From positions 1-64,000 of the forward strand of contig NIVC01002201.1 in the NCBI GenBank assembly GCA_002269645.1: a stretch of DNA of 64,000 nt. Direction: 5' to 3'. Numbering within the stretch: the first letter of the stretch is position 1; the number at the start of each line of letters is the position of its first letter. The translations under genes and the position numbers were made by a program. Source of the stretch: Macrostomum lignano (lineage: Eukaryota). Shown in pieces: positions 56,001 to 64,000 of the stretch. Under the pieces are notes generated by a model that was not told the origin of the DNA, searched no databases, and saw only the letters and a list, made by a program, of their open reading frames with translations.

Positions 56001-56173
56001 CCGCTGCCGCCGAGGTTCGACGTAGCCGCAGCTGCGACCTGCTCCGGCTGATCGGCCGGCTGCGCAGGCGGTGCCCGGCTGCCGCGGCCGCCGAGCTGGG
56101 ACCCCGGCAGTACGTGTTCCTGCTGGAGTGCCTGCACCTGTACGCCTACCTGCTGCGCCAGAGCGTGCTGTAG
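53042..56173 (+). CDS. Type I membrane protein with a degenerate PTP-like cytoplasmic domain (putative receptor pseudophosphatase), about 536 aa
   Basis: Exon 1 is 53042-53405 (signal peptide YYWLLLLFLLGMTQA, RRKR site, donor G|GTGAGC). Exon 2 is 54927-56173 (acceptor ACAACAG; phases match). Hydrophobic AALPAAAAAAAALALAGLLA is followed by RHLRRRRR. Vestigial PTP motifs follow: LWEANCTVVCSL, FTAAWDPASGLP, LRRR...RQYVFLLECL. Confidence 0.7.
53478..54243. repeat. Compound 29-bp / 25-bp minisatellite in the intron of the PTP-like gene
   Basis: GGGTGTACATGTAGGTTGAGCACACTTCA to about 53700, then GGGTGTGGGATGAGAGCACAGTTCA. Confidence 0.95.
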
Positions 56174-56289
56174 TTGCTGTGGGCAGCTCAGCTGAATTCA
56201 ATCAGCTCGACTATTCAACATCGCGTCGTATTGCATAATTTTCATTGATTTTGAGAATTATTTCAATGTCTCACAATATGAGTCAGACT

Positions 56290-59200
56290 CTGGAGGGGAG
56301 ACTGGGAGACTGGGAGAGAGGGAAAATGGGAGAGTGGTAGAGACTGGGAGAGTGAGAGACTGGGAGAGTGGGAGAGTGACTGGGAGAGTGAGAGACTGGG
56401 AGAGTGAGAGACTGGGAGAGTGAGAGACTGGGAGAGTGAGAGACTGGGAGAGTGAGAGACTGGGAGAGTGAGAGACTGGGAGAGTGAGAGACTGGGAGAG
56501 TGAGAGACTGGGAGAGTGAGAGACTGGGAGAGTGAGAGACTGGGAGAGTGAGAGACTGGGAGAGTGAGAGACTGGGAGAGTGAGAGACTGGGAGAGTGAG
56601 AGACTGGGAGAGTGAGAGACTGGGAGAGTGAGAGACTGGGAGAGTGGGAGAGTGACTGGGAGAGTGAGAGACTGGGAGAGTGAGAGACTGGGAGAGGGAG
56701 AGACTGGGAGAGTGAGAGACTGGGAGAGTGGGAGAGTGACTGGGAGAGTGAGAGACTGGGAGAGTGAGACTGGGAGAGTGGGAGACTGGGAGAGTGAGAG
56801 ACTGGGAGAGTGGGAGAGTGAGAGACTGGGAGAGTGAGAGACTGGGAGAGTGAGACACTGAGAGAGTTAGAGTGAGAGACTGGGAGAGTGAGAGACTGGG
56901 AGAGTGAGAGACTGGGAGAGTGAGAGACTGGGAGAGTGAGAGACTGGGAGAGTGGGAGAGTGACTGGGAGAGTGAGAGACTGGGAGAGTGAGAGACTGGG
57001 AGAGTAAGAGACTGGGAGAGTGAGAGACTGGGAGAGTGGGAGAGTGACTGGGAGAGTGGGAGACTGGGAGAGTGAGAGACTGGGAGAGTGAGAGACTGGG
57101 AGAGTGAGAGACTGGGAGAGTGAGAGACTGGGAGAGTGAGAGACTGGGAGAGTGAGAGACTGGGAGAGTGAGAGACTGGGAGAGTGGGAGAGTGACTGGG
57201 AGAGTGAGAGACTGGGAGAGTGGGAGAGTGACTGGGAGAGTGAGAGACTGGGAGAGTGGGAGAGTGACTGGGAGAGTGAGAGACTGGGAGAGTGGGAGAG
57301 TGACTGGGAGAGTAAGGGACTGGGAGAGTGAGACTGGAAGAGTGGGAGACTGGGAGAGTGAGAGACTGGGAGAGTGGGAGAGTGACTGGGAGAGTGAGAG
57401 ACTGGGAGAGTGAGACACTGGGAGAGTTAGAGTGAGAGACTGGGAGAGTGAGAGACTGGGAGAGTGAGACACTGGGAGAGTGAGAGACTGGGAGAGTGGG
57501 AGAGTGACTGGGAGAGTGAGAGACTGGGAGAGTGAGACTGGGAGAGTGGGAGACTGGGAGAGTGAGAGACTGGGAGAGTGGGAGAGTGACTGGGAGAGTG
57601 AGAGACTGGGAGAGTGGGAGAGTGACTGGGAGAGTGAGAGACTGGGAGAGTGAGAGACTGGGAGAGTGAGAGACTGGGAGAGTGAGAGACTGGGAGAGTG
57701 GGAGAGTGACTGGGAGAGTGAGAGACTGGGAGAGTGAGAGACTGGGAGAGTGAGAGACTGGGAGAGTGAGAGACTGGGAGAGTGGGAGAGTGACTGGGAG
57801 AGTGAGAGACTGGGAGAGTGGGAGAGTGACTGGGAGAGTGAGAGACTGGGAGAGTGAGACTGGGAGAGTGGGAGACTGGGAGAGTGAGAGACTGGGAGAG
57901 TGGGAGAGTGACTGGGAGAGTGAGAGACTGGGAGAGTGAGACTGGGAGAGTGGGAGACTGGGAGAGTGAGAGACTGGGAGAGTGGGAGAGTGACTGGGAG
58001 AGTGAGAGACTGGGAGAGTGAGAGACTGGGAGAGTGAGACACTGGGAGAGTTAGAGTGAGAGACTGGGAGAGTGAGAGACTGGGAGAGTGGGAGAGTGAC
58101 TGGGAGAGTGAGAGACTGGGAGAGTGAGACTGGGAGAGTGGGAGACTGGGAGAGTGAGAGACTGGGAGAGTGGGAGAGTGACTGGGAGAGTGAGAGACTG
58201 GGAGAGTGAGAGACTGGGAGAGTGAGACACTGGAAGAGTTAGAGTGAGAGACTGGGAGAGTGAGAGACTGGGAGAGTGAGACACTGGGAGAGTGAGAGAC
58301 TGGGAGAGTGGGAGAGTGACTGGGAGAGTGAGAGACTGGGAGAGTGAGACTGGGAGAGTGGGAGACTGGGAGAGTGAGAGACTGGGAGAGTGGGAGAGTG
58401 ACTGGGAGAGTGAGATACTGGGAGAGTGGGAGAGTGACTGGGAGAGTGAGATACTGGGAGAGTGGGAGAGTGACTGGGAGAGTGAGAGACTGGGAGAGTG
58501 AGACACTGGGAGAGTGAGAGACTGGGAGAGTGGGAGAGTGACTGGGAGAGTGAGAGACTGGGAGAGTGAGAGACTGGGAGAGTGAGACACTGGGAGAGTT
58601 AGAGTGAGAGACTGGGAGAGTGAGAGACTGGGAGAGTGAGACACTGGGAGAGTGAGAGACTGGGAGAGTGGGAGAGTGACTGGGAGAGTGAGAGACTGGG
58701 AGAGTGAGACTGGAGAGTGGGAGACTGGGAGAGTGAGAGACTGGGAGAGTGGGAGAGTGACTGGGAGAGTGAGAGACTGGGAGAGTGAGAGACTGGGAGA
58801 GTGGGAGAGTGACTGGGAGAGTGAGAGACTGGGAGAGTGAGACACTGGGAGAGTGAGACACTGGGAGAGTGAGAGACTGGGAGAGTGGGAGAGTGACTGG
58901 GAGAGTGAGAGACTGGGAGAGTGAGACTGGGAGAGTGGGAGACTGGGAGAGTGAGAGACTGGGAGAGTGAGACACTGGGAGAGTGAGAGACTGGGAGAGA
59001 GACTGGGAGAGTTAGAGTGAGAGACTGGGAGAGAGACTGGGAGACTGGGAGAGTGAGACACTGGGAGAGTGAGAGACTGGGAGAGTGGGAGAGTGGGAGA
59101 GTGAGACACTGGGAGAGTGAGAGACTGGGAGAGTGACTGGGAGAGTGAGAGACTGGGAGAGTGAGAGACTGGGAGAGTGAGAGACTGGGAGAGTGGGAGA

Positions 59201-62200
59201 GTGACTGGGAGAGTGGGAGAGACTGGGAGAGAGTGGGAGAGTGGGAGAGACTGGGAGAGTGAGAGACTGGGAGAGAGACTGGGAGAGTGGGAGACTGAGA
59301 GAATGAGACTGGGAGAGAGACTGGGAGACTGGGAGAGAGAGTGGGAGTGGGAGAGTGGGAGACTGGGAGAGAGTGGGAGTGGGAGAGTGGGAGACTGGGA
59401 GAGAGTGGGAGTGGGAGAGTGGGAGACTGGGAGAGTGAGACACTGGAAGAGTTAGAGTGAGAGACTGGGAGAGTGAGAGACTGGGAGAGTGAGACACTGG
59501 GAGAGTGAGAGACTGGGAGAGTGGGAGAGTGACTGGGAGAGTGAGAGACTGGGAGAGTGAGACTGGGAGAGTGGGAGACTGGGAGAGTGAGAGACTGGGA
59601 GAGTGGGAGAGTGACTGGGAGAGTGAGAGACTGGGAGAGTGGGAGAGTGACTGGGAGAGTGAGAGACTGGGAGAGTGAGACACTGGGAGAGTGAGAGACT
59701 GGGAGAGTGGGAGAGTAACTGGGAGAGTGAGACTGGGAGAGTGGGAGACTGGGAGAGTGAGAGACTGGGAGAGTGGGAGAGTGACTGGGAGAGTGAGAGA
59801 CTGGGAGAGTGAGACTGGGAGAGTGGGAGACTGGGAGAGTGAGAGACTGGGAGAGTGGGAGAGTGACTGGGAGAGTGAGAGACTGGGAGAGTGAGAGACT
59901 GGGAGAGTGAGACACTGGGAGAGTTAGAGTGAGAGACTGGGAGAGTGAGAGACTGGGAGAGTGGGAGAGTGACTGGGAGAGTGAGAGACTGGGAGAGTGA
60001 GACTGGGAGAGTGGGAGACTGGGAGAGTGAGAGACTGGGAGAGTGAGAGACTGGGAGAGTGAGAGACTGGGAGAGTGAGAGACTGGGAGAGTGAGAGACT
60101 GGGAGAGTGGGAGAGTGACTGGGAGAGTGAGAGACTGGGAGAGTGAGACACTGGAAGAGTTAGAGTGAGAGACTGGGAGAGTGAGAGACTGGGAGAGTGA
60201 GACACTGGGAGAGTGAGAGACTGGGAGAGTGGGAGAGTGACTGGGAGAGTGAGAGACTGGGAGAGTGAGACTGGGAGAGTGAGAGACTGGGAGAGTGGGA
60301 GAGTGACTGGGAGAGTGAGAGACTGGGAGAGTGAGAGACTGGGAGAGTGAGACACTGGGAGAGTGAGAGACTGGGAGAGTGGGAGAGTGACTGGGAGAGT
60401 GAGAGACTGGGAGAGTGAGACTGGGAGAGTGGGAGACTGGGAGAGTGAGAGACTGGGAGAGTGGGAGAGTGACTGGGAGAGTGAGAGACTGGGAGAGTGA
60501 GACTGGGAGAGTGGGAGACTGGGAGAGTGAGAGACTGGGAGAGTGAGACACTGGGAGAGTTAGAGTGAGAGACTGGGAGAGTGAGACACTGGGAGAGTGA
60601 GAGACTGGGAGAGTGGGAGAGTGACTGGGAGAGTGAGAGACTGGGAGAGTGAGACTGGGAGAGTGGGAGACTGGGAGAGTGAGAGACTGGGAGAGTGAGA
60701 CACTGGAGAGTGAGAGACTGGGAGAGAGACTGGGAGAGTTAGAGTGAGAGACTGGGAGAGAGACTGGGAGAGTGAGAGACTGGAGAGTGAGACACTGGGA
60801 GAGTGAGACACTGGGAGAGTGAGAGACTGGGAGAGTGGGAGAGTGGGAGAGTGAGACACTGGGAGAGTGAGAGACTGGGAGAGTGACTGGGAGAGTGAGA
60901 GACTGGGAGAGTGAGAGACTGGAGAGTGGGAGACTGGGAGAGTGAGAGACTGGGAGAGTGGGAGAGTGACTGGGAGAGTGAGAGACTGGGAGAGTGGGAG
61001 AGTGACTGGGAGAGTGAGAGACTGGGAGAGTGAGACTGGGAGAGTGGGAGACTGGGAGAGTGAGAGACTGGGAGAGTGAGACACTGGGAGAGTTAGAGTG
61101 AGAGACTGGGAGAGTGAGACACTGGGAGAGTGAGAGACTGGGAGAGTGGGAGAGTGACTGGGAGAGTGAGAGACTGGGAGAGTGAGACTGGGAGAGTGGG
61201 AGACTGGGAGAGTGAGAGACTGGAGAGTGAGACACTGGGAGAGTGAGAGACTGGGAGAGAGACTGGGAGAGTTAGAGTGAGAGACTGGGAGAGAGACTGG
61301 GAGAGTGAGAGACTGGGAGAGTGAGACACTGGGAGAGTGAGACACTGGGAGAGTGAGAGACTGGGAGAGTGGGAGAGTGGGAGAGTGAGACACTGGGAGA
61401 GTGAGAGACTGGGAGAGTGACTGGGAGAGTGAGAGACTGGGAGAGTGAGAGACTGGGAGAGTGAGAGACTGGGAGAGTGGGAGAGTGACTGGGAGAGTGG
61501 GAGAGACTGGGAGAGAGTGGGAGAGTGGGAGAGACTGGGAGAGTGAGAGACTGGGAGAGAGACTGGGAGAGTGGGAGACTGAGAGAATGAGACTGGGAGA
61601 GAGACTGGGAGACTGGGAGAGAGAGTGGGGGAGTGGGAGACTGAGAGAATGAGACTGGGAGAGAGACTGGGAGACTGGGAGAGAGAGTGGGAGAGTGGGA
61701 GACTGAGAGAATGAGACTGGGAGAGAGACTGGGAGAGTGAGAGACTGGGAGAGTGAGAGACTGGGAGAGTGAGAGACTGGGAGAGTGAGAGACTGGGAGA
61801 GTGAGAGACTGGGAGAGTGGGAGAGTGACTGGGAGAGTGAGAGACTGGGAGAGTGAGAGACTGGGAGAGTGAGAGACTGGGAGAGTGAGAGACTGGGAGA
61901 GTGGGAGAGTGACTGGGAGAGTGAGAGACTGGGAGAGTGAGACTGGGAGAGTGGGAGACTGGGAGAGTGAGAGACTGGAGAGTGGGAGAGTGAGAGACTG
62001 GGAGAGTGAGAGACTGGGAGAGTGAGACACTGAGAGAGTTAGAGTGAGAGACTGGGAGAGTGAGAGACTGGGAGAGTGAGAGACTGGGAGAGTGAGAGAC
62101 TGGGAGAGTGAGAGACTGGGAGAGTGAGAGACTGGGAGAGTGGGAGAGTGACTGGGAGAGTGAGAGACTGGGAGAGTGAGAGACTGGGAGAGTAAGAGAC

Positions 62201-64000
62201 TGGGAGAGTGAGAGACTGGGAGAGTGGGAGAGTGACTGGGAGAGTGGGAGACTGGGAGAGTGAGAGACTGGGAGAGTGAGAGACTGGGAGAGTGAGAGAC
62301 TGGGAGAGTGAGAGACTGGGAGAGTGAGAGACTGGGAGAGTGAGAGACTGGGAGAGTGAGAGACTGGGAGAGTGGGAGAGTGACTGGGAGAGTGAGAGAC
62401 TGGGAGAGTGGGAGAGTGACTGGGAGAGTGAGAGACTGGGAGAGTGGGAGAGTGACTGGGAGAGTGAGAGACTGGGAAAGTGGGAGAGTGACTGGGAGAG
62501 TGAGAGACTGGGAGAGTGAGACTGGAAGAGTGGGAGACTGGGAGAGTGAGAGACTGGGAGAGTGGGAGAGTGACTGGGAGAGTGAGAGACTGGGAGAGTG
62601 AGACACTGGGAGAGTTAGAGTGAGAGACTGGGAGAGTGAGAGACTGGGAGAGTGAGACACTGGGAGAGTGAGAGACTGGGAGAGTGGGAGAGTGACTGGG
62701 AGAGTGAGAGACTGGGAGAGTGAGACTGGGAGAGTGGGAGACTGGGAGAGTGAGAGACTGGGAGAGTGGGAGAGTGACTGGGAGAGTGAGAGACTGGGAG
62801 AGTGAGAGACTGGGAGAGTGAGAGACTGGGAGAGTGAGAGACTGGGAGAGTGAGAGACTGGGAGAGTGAGAGACTGGAGAGTGGGAGAGTGACTGGAGAG
62901 TGAGAGACTGGGAGAGTGAGAGACTGGGAGAGTGAGAGACTGGGAGAGTGAGAGACTGGGAGAGTGGGAGAGTGACTGGGAGAGTGAGAGACTGGGAGAG
63001 TGGGAGAGTGACTGGGAGAGTGAGAGACTGGGAGAGTGAGACTGGGAGAGTGGGAGACTGGGAGAGTGAGAGACTGGGAGAGTGGGAGAGTGACTGGGAG
63101 AGTGAGAGACTGGGAGAGTGAGACTGGGAGAGTGGGAGACTGGGAGAGTGAGAGACTGGGAGAGTGGGAGAGTGACTGGGAGAGTGAGAGACTGGGAGAG
63201 TGAGAGACTGGGAGAGTGAGACACTGGGAGAGTTAGAGTGAGAGACTGGAGAGTGAGAGACTGGGAGAGTGGGAGAGTGACTGGGAGAGTGAGAGACTGG
63301 GAGAGTGAGACTGGGAGAGTGGGAGACTGGGAGAGTGAGAGACTGGGAGAGTGGGAGAGTGACTGGGAGAGTGAGAGACTGGGAGAGTGAGAGACTGGGA
63401 GAGTGAGACACTGGAAGAGTTAGAGTGAGAGACTGGGAGAGTGAGAGACTGGGAGAGTGAGACACTGGGAGAGTGAGAGACTGGGAGAGTGGGAGAGTGA
63501 CTGGGAGAGTGAGAGACTGGGAGAGTGAGACTGGGAGAGTGGGAGACTGGAGAGTGAGAGACTGGGAGAGTGGGAGAGTGACTGGGAGAGTGAGATACTG
63601 GGAGAGTGGGAGAGTGACTGGGAGAGTGAGATACTGGGAGAGTGGGAGAGTGACTGGGAGAGTGAGAGACTGGGAGAGTGAGACACTGGGAGAGTGAGAG
63701 ACTGGGAGAGTGGGAGAGTGACTGGGAGAGTGAGAGACTGGGAGAGTGAGAGACTGGGAGAGTGAGACACTGGGAGAGTTAGAGTGAGAGACTGGGAGAG
63801 TGAGAGACTGGGAGAGTGAGACACTGGGAGAGTGAGAGACTGGGAGAGTGGGAGAGTGACTGGGAGAGTGAGAGACTGGGAGAGTGAGACTGGGAGAGTG
63901 GGAGACTGGGAGAGTGAGAGACTGGGAGAGTGGGAGAGTGACTGGGAGAGTGAGAGACTGGGAGAGTGAGAGACTGGGAGAGTGGGAGAGTGACTGGGAG
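56290..64000. repeat. Purine-rich ~16-bp satellite, >7.7 kb, running off the window
   Basis: Unit GAGACTGGGAGAGTGA with many variants (GGGAGAGTGACT, GACACTG, GAGTTAGAG). Confidence 0.98.

Noticed and set aside
56283-63824. Very long Ser/Leu/Pro/His-rich ORFs (up to 878 aa) and RDWES ORFs
   Set aside because: They are translations of the 16-bp satellite, open in several frames because the unit lacks stops on that strand.
53470-64000. Telomeric repeats
   Set aside because: Only isolated TTAGGG or TTAGAG words occur, with no tandem telomere array.

Overview
Eukaryotic (metazoan) genomic DNA. GC-rich exons rich in Ala/Ser/Gln codons, with introns filled by minisatellites, resemble the free-living flatworm Macrostomum; this is an inference from sequence style, not a database match. 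Three spliced protein-coding genes can be assembled by hand. (1) A CEP350-like centrosomal gene on the minus strand (3000-15773): nine visible exons, 5' end not found, one apparent +1 frameshift, no CAP-Gly motif. (2) A complete PPP1R16A/B (MYPT3/TIMAP)-like ankyrin-repeat PP1 regulatory subunit on the plus strand (31111-49763): 7 exons, 588 aa, C-terminal CaaX. (3) A two-exon type I membrane protein (53042-56173) whose cytoplasmic part looks like a highly diverged, catalytically dead protein tyrosine phosphatase domain. Genes 1 and 2 each need one GC-AG intron. Mobile DNA: a decayed DD34D mariner with TIRs, a small non-autonomous LTR element with a nested tRNA-derived CORE-SINE, a foldback element and several dispersed repeats. 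About 28 tandem arrays (units of 3-50 bp) cover a large part of the window, ending in a >7.7 kb purine-rich satellite. Most ORFs in the supplied track are artefacts of these arrays. All homology statements come from remembered family motifs, not from searches.
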